Assembly (NCBI GenBank): GCA_017656185.1
Contig: JACDOK010000005.1
Coordinates: 49,201 to 73,200, forward strand
DNA length: 24,000 nt
DNA from: Peptococcaceae bacterium
GTDB lineage: Bacteria; Bacillota; Desulfotomaculia; Desulfotomaculales; JACDOK01
Reading direction: 5' to 3'
Positions 1-7,088 of this stretch are shown here, one piece after another. The notes under the pieces were generated by a model. The model did not search any database. It saw only the letters and a list, made by a program, of their open reading frames with translations, and had not been told where the DNA came from. How positions within the stretch are numbered: the first letter of the stretch is position 1; each line of letters starts with the position of its first letter. The position numbers were made by a program, and so were the translations under genes.

Positions 1-70
1 TAAACTTGATACTCAGTTGCTAATAGCGGTGGAACTCGGTTATATGGATCATGGATCGTAACCATGATGT

Positions 71-105
71 ATTTAATTTAATTTAATTTAATTTAATTTA
101 ATTTA
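71..105. repeat. Pentanucleotide microsatellite (ATTTA)x7
   Basis: Seven perfect tandem ATTTA units read directly at 71-105, in an AT-rich non-coding stretch. Confidence 0.9.
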
Positions 106-261
106 TAGAGTGTCCCGGTTGATCTCAGGCCTGCATAAAAAAGTAAACAGCGAACAAAAAATCAGTGAACGGTGAACAGTAATTAAAAAAATACGTTAAT
201 TATCACTCTCTGTTATTTTTCTCCTTTCCAAATTTACCGTTTACCGTTTACTATTTACTCT

Positions 262-591
262 TCATATCGTAATCACATGCCCCGAGCCGGGGGTGGCCCA
301 ATCCGTTATTAAGTAAGTTAGATAATTGATGGTGGAGTGTTTTAAACCCGACGGCAGGTCCTCCTTGAAAGGAATAGCTTTGCTCTTGCACACGTATACT
401 TCGGCGCCCGCCTCCAGTAAATCATAGATATGATCGGTAATCAGCTCCCGTACTTCGGCACTCCGCAGGCTGGCGCCTAGAAACCATATCTTGACGCTGG
501 TTCCCTCTTCCATTAAAAACGCGCTTGTCATCCTGATCACGTCGGTAACGTTTTCGGTGTCTGTCGACTTGACGATAAATAAAATATTCAT
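262..591 (-). CDS. DsrE/DsrF-like (sulfur-relay fold) family protein, 109 aa
   Basis: Complete ORF with ATG at 591 and a GGGAGAG Shine-Dalgarno just upstream on the minus strand. The layout MNILFIVKS...VYVCKS...GHVITI resembles small DsrE/DsrF-family proteins (N-terminal beta strand, central conserved Cys, C-terminal hydrophobic strand). Family assigned by eye only. Confidence 0.5.
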   Translation of the reverse strand: MNILFIVKSTDTENVTDVIRMTSAFLMEEGTSVKIWFLGASLRSAEVRELITDHIYDLLEAGAEVYVCKSKAIPFKEDLPSGLKHSTINYLTYLITDWATPGSGHVITI

Positions 592-732
592 TTTTATCTC
601 TCCCTACGATATAGAAGCCCGCTAGATTGTTCTTTTAATCACATTATATACCACGGTACCTACTACATGCGTAAAAATTTATCCCAAACCAAGTTAGATT
701 CATGTTTGCAATCTGTTTGCAAACCGCGCAAA

Positions 733-769
733 TAACAAAAAAGGTTTGCAACAGCTGTTGTTGCAAACC
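733..769 (-). terminator. Intrinsic terminator downstream of the tRNA-Leu 3' end
   Basis: On the minus strand GGTTTGCAA (769-761) pairs with TTGCAAACC (751-743) and is followed by TTTTTTGTTATTT, starting 14 nt after the CCA end of the tRNA remnant. Confidence 0.6.
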
Positions 770-782
770 CCTTACTTTCTTT

Positions 783-837
783 TGGTGCGGCAGAGAGGAT
801 TTGAACCTCCACGGGGTAACCCCCACTAGATCCTGAA
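783..837 (-). tRNA. tRNA-Leu(CAG) 3' fragment (anticodon loop to CCA); not a complete gene, probable att-site remnant
   Basis: The minus strand reads TTCAGGA (anticodon loop, CAG) - TCTAG - TGGGGGTTACCCCGT (long variable arm) - GGAGG TTCAAAT CCTCT (T arm) - CTGCCGC - A - CCA. The required 5' acceptor strand GCGGCAG, the D arm and the CTAGA anticodon-stem strand are absent from the next ~300 nt. Confidence 0.7.
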
Positions 838-857
838 TTTGCTTTGTTGTCTCCTAG

Positions 858-889
858 GTCCGGCAAGGTCAGCGAAAGCCTTGCCGGAC
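858..889. repeat. Perfect 11-bp-stem inverted repeat at the island edge
   Basis: GTCCGGCAAGG (858-868) and CCTTGCCGGAC (879-889) flank a 10-nt loop. The 10-bp palindrome GGGGTACCCC follows at 900-909. No U-tract on either strand. Confidence 0.6.
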
Positions 890-1133
890 ACGGCGTTAGG
901 GGTACCCCAACAAAAAGATCTAGCAAAAAGGTGCCAACTAGAATGCCCGTTTTTAAAAGAAAGGGTATGTTGAAGCGCCTAAAAAAATACCGGTCTGTAA
1001 GGTCATCAAGTAAAGTGGGCTGATACTAAGTGAAATTCAGCGTATAGTTTTAAAGTCCTGCTTGTGTTAAAAAGAGGAATGTATTAGTAAGACAAAGAAA
1101 GACAATTTAAATCTCTGGGTTAGGAGGTATATT

Positions 1134-1448
1134 GTGAGTATAAAAAACCCGTCCTTTGGAAGACGGTACACGGCAGACATAGATGATTGGTGCGATCAAA
1201 ATGCCATTCCACGCAAAAAAGAGACAAGCGTATATACGGGAACCAGCGAGGTAGAACAAGCGGTTCTAAATTTAGATCTGCAAGACGGTATAAACAAACT
1301 TCCTGGGGAAATGGCAAGTGCATTTCGTCTCTCTCTCGCAGGTTATTCAATTCTTGAAATAGCTGAAAAAATGAATCTTAGTATAGAAGAGGCCGACCAA
1401 TTGATTACTGAGGCAGAAGAACGACTTAAAGAGTATTTCAAAGGCTAA
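1134..1448 (+). CDS. Small sigma-70 region-4-like HTH protein (104 aa)
   Basis: GTG start preceded by TAGGAGGT. The C-terminal LPGEMASAFRLSLAGYSILEIAEKMNLSIEEADQLITEAEERLKEYF matches the region 4.2 HTH pattern (LPxxxRxxfxLxxxxGxSxxEIAxxxxxSxxxVxxxxxrAxxxL). Regions 2 and 3 are absent. Confidence 0.5.
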   Translation: MSIKNPSFGRRYTADIDDWCDQNAIPRKKETSVYTGTSEVEQAVLNLDLQDGINKLPGEMASAFRLSLAGYSILEIAEKMNLSIEEADQLITEAEERLKEYFKG

Positions 1449-1472
1449 ACACCAAAAAACGTGAATGAGATC

Positions 1473-1569
1473 TTTCGCATAATGGATCAACTACGAAAAC
1501 ATCGGCCTGTAAAAGCGGTAAAATGACGGTCTTTGGTAGAGTTAAGACGTAAAAATGATTTCGCATAAT
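1473..1569 (+). repeat. Two exact 11-bp direct repeats TTTCGCATAAT (1473-1483 and 1559-1569)
   Basis: Read directly. Both copies are preceded by AATGA, and they lie between the regulator gene and the recombinase gene. Confidence 0.7.
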
Positions 1570-1577
1570 TTTGACGC

Positions 1578-1609
1578 GCCCTGTTCGCCCAGAACAGGGC
1601 TTTTTTATT
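1578..1609 (+). terminator. Intrinsic terminator
   Basis: GCCCTGTTC (1578-1586) pairs with GAACAGGGC (1592-1600), followed by TTTTTTATT. Confidence 0.7.
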
Positions 1610-1628
1610 GCCCCGGGGGTGATCGCTT

Positions 1629-2468
1629 CTGAAGAGCAATTCTGAGCTGTCTCAAGCCAGTCTCAAGGCCTATGCTGAAGACGTCAGAGATTTTGAGCGC
1701 TGGTTTAAGCAGGTTAATAAGGAAGAACTGCAGCCGGCGGCCGTCACGAGCATCGATCTCAGGGACTACCGTAATGCTTTAATAAAGCGCGGCGCCAAAC
1801 CCGCCACCATCAACAGGCGCCTGGGCATTAAAAAATGGCTCTTGCGGGCCCTGGATGAAGGCCAGATAAAAATACTGCCCGAGTTTCCGAAACAGCTTGC
1901 TCAGCAGGACCTCGCGCCGAAGTCGTTGACGAGGAGAGAGCAGCGCGCACTCGCCCGCGCTGTAGAACGATACGGCAGCCCGCGCGACAAGGCCTTAATA
2001 CAAACGATGCTGGGCTCGGGGTTGAGGGTTTCGGAAATAGCCCGGTTGGAAAGACAGGATGTGATAATACGAGAGAGGTCCGGGAAAATCGTAGTAAGGG
2101 CCGGCAAGGGGATGAAGTACCGCGAGGTACCCATCGGCCCCCAAACCAGAAAAGTACTGAAAAAGTACTTTGACCAGGAGCACCCGGGCAAGTATGTTTT
2201 CCCCGGCCGCAGTCAAGTACGGCCGGTTACGGTAAGAGCTATCCAGTATGTTATAAAGAAGTATGCCGATCTTGCCAAACTGGATCTCAAGAAACTTTAT
2301 CCTCACATCCTAAGGCATACCTTTGCGAAAAACTTGATTGATAACGGTGTTGATTTAGTGACGGTTGCCACGCTTTTAGGACACCGCCGGCTGGAAACGA
2401 CAATGCGATATACGAGGCCCCGTATGGAGGATCTACAGAGGGCCGTAGATGAGTTGGAAGGGGAGTAA
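1629..2468 (+). CDS. Tyrosine recombinase/integrase (XerC/D-like, phage-integrase family); 5' end uncertain, possibly truncated
   Basis: The catalytic domain has GLRVSE (Arg I), HILRHTFA (His-x-x-Arg) and LGHRRLETTMRYT (His, nucleophile Tyr). The in-frame sequence upstream of the tracked TTG (1842) encodes the core-binding domain (SQASLKAYAEDVRDFERWF...ITSIDLRDYRNALIKRGAKPATINRRLG) back to a TGA at 1620-1622. There is no in-frame ATG/GTG/TTG between 1623 and 1841; CTG at 1629 follows a GGGGGTGA SD-like motif. Confidence 0.8.
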   Translation: MKSNSELSQASLKAYAEDVRDFERWFKQVNKEELQPAAVTSIDLRDYRNALIKRGAKPATINRRLGIKKWLLRALDEGQIKILPEFPKQLAQQDLAPKSLTRREQRALARAVERYGSPRDKALIQTMLGSGLRVSEIARLERQDVIIRERSGKIVVRAGKGMKYREVPIGPQTRKVLKKYFDQEHPGKYVFPGRSQVRPVTVRAIQYVIKKYADLAKLDLKKLYPHILRHTFAKNLIDNGVDLVTVATLLGHRRLETTMRYTRPRMEDLQRAVDELEGE

Positions 2469-2509
2469 GAGAGGCTTTGGGGTAAGAACTTATAGAGGAG
2501 CGGATATAT

Positions 2510-2740
2510 ATGGCAGACTGGATTAATGGTCCTTGCTTCTACGTTTCCTGCGTGGATGGGGACAAATTTGTCCTTCTGGCGGGGCCGTTCCGGACACACC
2601 AAGAAGCATTGGATTTGGTAGACAAAGCCGCCAAACTGGCGTGTAAATTGGACCGCAAAGCAGCCTTTTACTCGTTTGGGACGGTTAAGATGGCGGATGG
2701 TCACAAACAGGGTATACTTAACAAGTATTTAGGTGTCTAG
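2510..2740 (+). CDS. Hypothetical protein (76 aa)
   Basis: ATG preceded by AGAGGAGC and followed by a terminator-like hairpin. No recognisable domain. Confidence 0.45.
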   Translation: MADWINGPCFYVSCVDGDKFVLLAGPFRTHQEALDLVDKAAKLACKLDRKAAFYSFGTVKMADGHKQGILNKYLGV

Positions 2741-2768
2741 TTCTAGTGTAGTTGGTTAGATAGTAAAC

Positions 2769-2806
2769 GCCGGCACTTCCGGTTCGGGAAATGGCCGGCT
2801 TTTTGA
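2769..2806 (+). terminator. Intrinsic terminator-like hairpin
   Basis: GCCGGCACTTCC pairs with GGAAATGGCCGGC (one mismatch), followed by TTTTTGATTT. Confidence 0.55.
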
Positions 2807-2842
2807 TTTGGGTCCTGCCGTGCCTGTTATGGAGGTGTTAGG

Positions 2843-3193
2843 GTGGAGAACTTCCCCTTAGGGGCTAAGGTTCAGATACAGGCCCATCTCAAACCTATGA
2901 CCGTACTTGACACCGAAAAGAAACTGGCACAGAAAACGTGGAAGCGTGTAAAGACGAGCAAAAAAGGTGTTGTCGTAGGTGTGCGATCGGTAAAAGAAGG
3001 GCAAATCCATTGGGACTATGACCGTCGGTTTAGACCTTCACGCCACATCAAGGTGTACCTGGTCGCGGTGGCCATGAACCGGATCCTCAGGGTATTACCG
3101 GCTGACCTTGAGGAATGTACCGAAGAGGAGACCGCGCAAGCAACTGATATTAGGATCCCCGGGCAACTGGAATTGTTTACAGGGGAGAACTAA
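2843..3193 (+). CDS. Hypothetical protein (116 aa)
   Basis: GTG start after GGAGGTG, with coding-like composition. No recognisable domain. Confidence 0.4.
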   Translation: MENFPLGAKVQIQAHLKPMTVLDTEKKLAQKTWKRVKTSKKGVVVGVRSVKEGQIHWDYDRRFRPSRHIKVYLVAVAMNRILRVLPADLEECTEEETAQATDIRIPGQLELFTGEN

Positions 3194-3204
3194 GGTTTCT
3201 GTAA

Positions 3205-4887
3205 ATGGGTGGTGATATAATGTCAGAGCTGATGCCCATACGTGTGCAAGATATAGAACCTAATCCCAGGAACCCTCGGAAAAAGTTTAATGACGCTGCG
3301 CTGGAGGAACTTGCCGCGAGTATTCGTGAAGTAGGCATCTTACAGCCCCTTGTAGTGGTACCGTTAGGCGGTACCGGAAAGGCGGGGCGCTACCGCCTGC
3401 TGTGTGGGGAGCGCCGGTGGAGGGCCGCCCAGCTGGCGGGTATTGAGAGCGTTCCCGCAATTATAGAGGATGGCCTGACACCCGAGCAGGAAGACCAGGT
3501 TATGTTAATTGAAAACCTTCAACGCCAAGATTTAGATCCTCTGGAAGAAGCCCGGGCGCTTAAAGCCCTGATCAAGGAACACGGTTGGAAACAGGTTGAT
3601 CTGGCGGGCAAACTGGGGATCAGTCAGGCTCAGATCGCTAACCGTATCCGGCTGCTCGACCTTCCCCAAGACGTCCAAGAAAATATTTCCCGTGGAATAT
3701 TGTCGGTGGCGCACGGAAAAATTCTCGCCGGGCTGAAACGCTGGCCCGAACTGCAGTCCGAAATAGCGAAAGAAGCGGTTCAATGCAAGTATACCATCCG
3801 GGAACTTGACCAGGCCATTAATTATGCCGTAGTGAGAACCGGCATGCTTTTGGAGCGTGCCGAATTTGACACGACCAAATGTGAAGTATGCAAAGACCGG
3901 GTTACCATCAAATACCCGGCCTGGTCCGATCAAAAGCGGCCGTGGTGTATGCGTCCCGAGTGCTTTAACTCGAAGCAGGCCGAGGCTGTCAACAAGCGGA
4001 AGAAAGAACTTAAGGCCAAACTGGCGGCTAACGACGGCGAGAGAACGCCCCTAAACATAGCCGACCTTGTCGAAGAAAACGTCGAGTTCGTGGATCTCAG
4101 TCTTTCCCACCTGAAAGAAGTCATCAATGATGCTGAATGCAAAAAATGCAAGGACTGCAGGGACGTCCTGGATTACGATGGCAGTACCAAACCGGTGTGT
4201 CTGAATCCTTCTTGCGTCGATAAACAAAAAGCGTCTGCTGCCAGAGCCCAAACAAAAGCGGAAAATGCCAGGGCTCAGGAAAAGATCAAGACGGCGGCAC
4301 TGGAAATCAAGCAGGCTGTGACCGAGTTCATCGATCCCGTGGTCATTGATCTGGTGAAACAAAGTCGGGCGGTTTGGAAAAAGGAGACTAAGGATCACAC
4401 TGATGAAAAACCTTTAATTGATCGTGAAAGTGTCCTTACCCTGAATGGGCTTCTGGCCTATTGGAATACCAAGAACGAGATCTGTAAGGAAGCCACGAGC
4501 ATGCCGCGGCAGCTAGGTGATACTAAAGTCTTTATCCCGGAACAAGACGTAGAGTTTGAGGGCTACGAACCCTACACGTACTCCGGAAAATACGATACCA
4601 TCACTGTCACGGACGGCCGGCTCGTTATTAAGAACAATAACGGTTCTGTTAAAGACCTGCCACCGGCCTTGCCTGTTTACTACCGCATCTTTGCGACACA
4701 ATATGTCGGGTCAAAATATGTTGAGCAGATCGTCGGCATCCGGACACCTTCCCGAACAATCATTGTCTACGGCCACGATAGTGTCATAATGCGCAAGAAT
4801 CTTTTTGACCGGTGGATTAAACTGGTCGAGGAATTGCCGGGTGTCGGTACCTTAGATGAAATTAAAAACGGAGGGGTCAAATCATAA
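3205..4887 (+). CDS. ParB/Spo0J-like N-terminal domain protein with HTH, two Cys4 zinc-ribbon-like clusters and a long C-terminal extension (560 aa; alternative start ATG 3220)
   Basis: IEPNPRNPRK, GILQPLVVV and the LCGERRWRAAQLAG box (ParB GxxRxxA CTP-binding motif). HTH at GWKQVDLAGKLGISQAQIANRIRLLDLP. Cys clusters CEVCKDR...CMRPEC and CKKCKDC...CLNPSC. About 170 further residues with no recognisable fold. Confidence 0.8.
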   Translation: MGGDIMSELMPIRVQDIEPNPRNPRKKFNDAALEELAASIREVGILQPLVVVPLGGTGKAGRYRLLCGERRWRAAQLAGIESVPAIIEDGLTPEQEDQVMLIENLQRQDLDPLEEARALKALIKEHGWKQVDLAGKLGISQAQIANRIRLLDLPQDVQENISRGILSVAHGKILAGLKRWPELQSEIAKEAVQCKYTIRELDQAINYAVVRTGMLLERAEFDTTKCEVCKDRVTIKYPAWSDQKRPWCMRPECFNSKQAEAVNKRKKELKAKLAANDGERTPLNIADLVEENVEFVDLSLSHLKEVINDAECKKCKDCRDVLDYDGSTKPVCLNPSCVDKQKASAARAQTKAENARAQEKIKTAALEIKQAVTEFIDPVVIDLVKQSRAVWKKETKDHTDEKPLIDRESVLTLNGLLAYWNTKNEICKEATSMPRQLGDTKVFIPEQDVEFEGYEPYTYSGKYDTITVTDGRLVIKNNNGSVKDLPPALPVYYRIFATQYVGSKYVEQIVGIRTPSRTIIVYGHDSVIMRKNLFDRWIKLVEELPGVGTLDEIKNGGVKS

Positions 4888-4901
4888 AGCTTCACGGTCC
4901 A

Positions 4902-5234
4902 TTGCAGAATATAACTAAAAACGCGGTTCTGGCGCATTGTGTGGAGCCAGCACGGAGTTTTATCCGGCGGACGATCGGACTTATAGGACGAAGACATTTT
5001 GAGCCCGGTGATGCCCTCTGGATCAAGCCGTGCCGCGGTATCCACACCTTCGGGATGCGCTTTCCCATAGATATAGTCTATCTGGATAACAATTGGAAAG
5101 TCATGCGTACTGTAGCAAGTCTTAAACCGTGGCGCCAGGGTCCGATAGCTTTTTCCGCATCCCAGGTTATTGAACTTCCGGCCGGAACGCTGGAACGAAC
5201 AGACACCCGGATAGGGGATCAGCTTATCTTATAA
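4902..5234 (+). CDS. DUF192 (COG1430) family protein, 110 aa
   Basis: GLIGRRHFEPGDALWIKPCRGIHTFGMRFPIDIVYLD...VIELPAGTLERTDTRIGDQL matches the DUF192 pattern (GLMgr...IHtfgMrfplDvvflD...vlElpaG...GD.l). Confidence 0.6.
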   Translation: MQNITKNAVLAHCVEPARSFIRRTIGLIGRRHFEPGDALWIKPCRGIHTFGMRFPIDIVYLDNNWKVMRTVASLKPWRQGPIAFSASQVIELPAGTLERTDTRIGDQLIL

Positions 5235-5241
5235 TGAACCG

Positions 5242-5265
5242 CACCGCCCAGGGCGGTGTTTTGCT
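5242..5265 (+). terminator. Intrinsic terminator-like hairpin
   Basis: CACCGCC pairs with GGCGGTG, followed by TTTTGCTCTT immediately after the DUF192 stop. It lies inside the 5' extension of the tracked ORF 5234..5680, which argues for the later start. Confidence 0.5.
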
Positions 5266-5296
5266 CTTAGAAACAGGCAAAGGGGGTTATGGTAAG

Positions 5297-5680
5297 ATGT
5301 GTGCAGCGCGTGATAGCCTCGAACATAAATTTGCTGCGCCGGTAGCACGGGTCCTCAAAGAAGAGTTCGGTAGCTTGTCCCGGGCGTTGCGCTACTTTGA
5401 GCAGCGGTTCGGAGCCGCAGCACTGGAAATTATGACTGAAACCAAGGAAATCACGGCGCTTGATCCTGTTTTCCGTACCGGACCAAACGGCGTAGTGTTT
5501 GACCATATGCAGGAGTTTTTGAAGCGGCCTTGGAGCGTAAGCTGTCCAAGGCCCGGAAGTTTAACAGAAATATTTCAGAAGCACGGTTTGATACAAAGGA
5601 ACAAATGCGGCAAGTGGGTTTGGAACCTGGACCGCAGCACGGTAACACTTGAAAAGAAAACATTGCCGAAGGCCGGCTAA
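5297..5680 (+). CDS. Hypothetical protein (127 aa from ATG 5297)
   Basis: In-frame ATG at 5297 preceded by AGGGGG (5281-5286). The tracked start 5234 precedes a terminator hairpin. No recognisable domain. Confidence 0.4.
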   Translation: MCAARDSLEHKFAAPVARVLKEEFGSLSRALRYFEQRFGAAALEIMTETKEITALDPVFRTGPNGVVFDHMQEFLKRPWSVSCPRPGSLTEIFQKHGLIQRNKCGKWVWNLDRSTVTLEKKTLPKAG

Positions 5681-5692
5681 AGCCGGCCTTTT
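5671..5692 (+). terminator. Intrinsic terminator-like hairpin
   Basis: GGCCGGC TAAA GCCGGCC followed by TTTT. The stop codon of the preceding ORF sits in the loop. Confidence 0.55.
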
Positions 5693-5705
5693 CACTGTAA
5701 GGTGG

Positions 5706-6977
5706 GTGGTACCGCTGAAACCGGTAAAAACCATTCTGGCGGTGGTGGACCGCGAGTTCGAACAGTCTTTAATGTCGGCGGATGAATTAGATGTCTTGGC
5801 CACTGCATATTCGCAGGAGGACCTTCTCGCGGAGGTAACGCGCCGCCGCCCGGAAGTAGTTGTTGTATCAGCCGACCTGCAGGGTTCTATGGATCCCTGG
5901 GAAGTTGCCAGGCAGTTACGCACCCAAAACGCCCGGGTTGTCTTCCTGGCGGGCGTTATCGACCGTGAAAGCGATCTTGTGGCAGGCCTGGTGGGGCTGG
6001 CGGTATACGACATCCTTTTCGACCCCGTAACTCCTGATGATGTGATCCACAGCATTATGAATCCTGCCGGCCTGTCAGACTGGGCGGATGTTGTAGTTAA
6101 CCCCACCGGCCCGGCGCCACACGGCGAACCGGAGGGGGAACGAAAGAACAAATTCTTTTTCTGGGGAAAAAGGAAGGATGATAACCACAACGGCCGGGGC
6201 AACGGTACGGTATTTGTATCCCATCCCTTAGTAACTATTTGGAACCCCTCGGGGAGATACAAAAATACCACGGCCCTTAACCTGGCGGTGGCGGCTGCCA
6301 AAGCCGGCCTCAACACCGCGCTTGTCAACTGCGACCTGATGAACCCCGAGCTGGATGTATGGTTTGATATTCCGCAAACGAGTATGGAAAAAGTTCTGCA
6401 GACAGCAAACCATGGGGCCGGGATAATGACTATGGGCAGCAAGCTAAAGCCTGAGCTGGTACCTAATATGCTTAAGATATACGGGTGGGGCGTCTATTAC
6501 CTGCCTGCCGGCAATAAGCTGGATAACCTAGGTACCCCGGACCTGGCCGAGGACCCGAGAGACGCCGTGGCTTTTATGGAAAAGGTCATTTTAGCAGTGT
6601 ATCAGCGCAACGTAAAAGGTAAACCTGCCGTTACCATAATAAATGCCGGTACCGGGTTTGAATACCCGCCTACTTTCGCCGCTTTAAAGAATGCCGGTAT
6701 TGTTGTTATCCCCCTGGCCGGCGAAAGGCAGGAAGCTGAAATTGTAAAGCGGCAGCTGCATGAACTCGCCCGTTTGGACGTTGAACCGCAGTGGGTGGAA
6801 CTTCTCTGGGAACTGGACGGCACCAAACCGTCCAAGCGGATCTGCCGGAAAAGGCTCTCCGTAACTGCGGACCCGGAAGGGTACCTGCAGGCGTCTCACC
6901 GCCGCCGGCCGTACTGCCTGACGGACCGGGGAAGCGTAGAATGGCGGGAAATAATAAACAAGCTTTTGGGGTGGTAG
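5706..6977 (+). CDS. TadZ/CpaE-like protein 1: pseudo-receiver domain + ParA/MinD-like domain with degenerate Walker A (start uncertain, 5649-5745)
   Basis: The N-terminus is CheY-like (KTILAVVD..., EVVVVSADLQG with Ser where the phospho-Asp is expected, VVFLAG). The C-terminal ParA/MinD fold is VTIWNPSGRYKNTTALNLAVAAAKAGLNTALVNCDL; the P-loop position (6243-6272) reads NPSGRYKNTT instead of KGGxGK[ST]T. Confidence 0.6.
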   Translation: MVPLKPVKTILAVVDREFEQSLMSADELDVLATAYSQEDLLAEVTRRRPEVVVVSADLQGSMDPWEVARQLRTQNARVVFLAGVIDRESDLVAGLVGLAVYDILFDPVTPDDVIHSIMNPAGLSDWADVVVNPTGPAPHGEPEGERKNKFFFWGKRKDDNHNGRGNGTVFVSHPLVTIWNPSGRYKNTTALNLAVAAAKAGLNTALVNCDLMNPELDVWFDIPQTSMEKVLQTANHGAGIMTMGSKLKPELVPNMLKIYGWGVYYLPAGNKLDNLGTPDLAEDPRDAVAFMEKVILAVYQRNVKGKPAVTIINAGTGFEYPPTFAALKNAGIVVIPLAGERQEAEIVKRQLHELARLDVEPQWVELLWELDGTKPSKRICRKRLSVTADPEGYLQASHRRRPYCLTDRGSVEWREIINKLLGW

Positions 6978-6994
6978 AAATACTCTCTTAGATT

Positions 6995-7010
6995 AGATTT
7001 CTAGAAATCT
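6995..7010. promoter_or_regulatory. Perfect 16-bp palindrome AGATTTCTAGAAATCT upstream of the TA module
   Basis: Read directly; followed by TTTTT. It could be a weak terminator or a protein-binding site. Confidence 0.35.
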
Positions 7011-7045
7011 TTTTACCATTTGGGCTGGTAAAATTTCTTAAGGTG

Positions 7046-7063
7046 TGTTATCATTTGATAACA
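7046..7063. promoter_or_regulatory. Palindrome TGTTATCA-TT-TGATAACA, candidate operator for the MqsA-like HTH antitoxin
   Basis: 8-bp perfect arms with a 2-nt spacer, ending 26 nt upstream of the toxin start codon in an AT-rich promoter-like region. Confidence 0.4.
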
Positions 7064-7088
7064 AAGGACATACTATAAGGAGAGGTTT

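Noticed and set aside
1-261. AT-rich left end: hairpin ATCATGG/CCATGAT (47-67), imperfect inverted repeat AGTGAACGGTGAACAGTAA (165-183) versus TTACCGTTTACCGTTTACT (234-252), and heptamer repeats TTTACCG; considered as a CRISPR array, IS end or att site
   Set aside because: There is no regular repeat-spacer periodicity and no transposase, and the repeats are short and imperfect. This is most simply low-complexity 3' flanking/terminator sequence of the DsrE-like gene.
783-910. Reading the tRNA-like region as a complete tRNA, as tRNA-Sec (a TCA triplet is present in the loop region) or as the 3' end of a tmRNA
   Set aside because: No 5' acceptor strand complementary to CTGCCGC and no D arm is present. 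The loop fits TTCAGGA (anticodon CAG) with a proper 3' stem, whereas the TCA register gives no stem. The upstream minus-strand sequence shows no tmRNA-like tag reading frame ending in a hydrophobic ...AA stop.
644-926. Tracked minus-strand ORFs 644..826 (60 aa) and 663..926 (87 aa)
   Set aside because: They run through the tRNA-Leu remnant, its terminator and the island-edge hairpin. They have no RBS and odd composition, so they are almost certainly non-coding.
5561-6442. 293-aa minus-strand ORF antisense to TadZ-like 1
   Set aside because: It is Ser/Arg/Thr/Ala-rich, which is typical of the antisense frame of a GC-rich gene. It has no domain features, while the plus-strand frame has clear REC-like and ParA-like motifs.
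3205-6977. Interpreting ParB-like plus the first ParA/MinD-like gene as a classical ParAB partition cassette
   Set aside because: The two genes are separated by two unrelated ORFs with their own terminators. The ParA-like protein has a TadZ-type pseudo-receiver and a degenerate P-loop, so TadZ/CpaE is the better reading.
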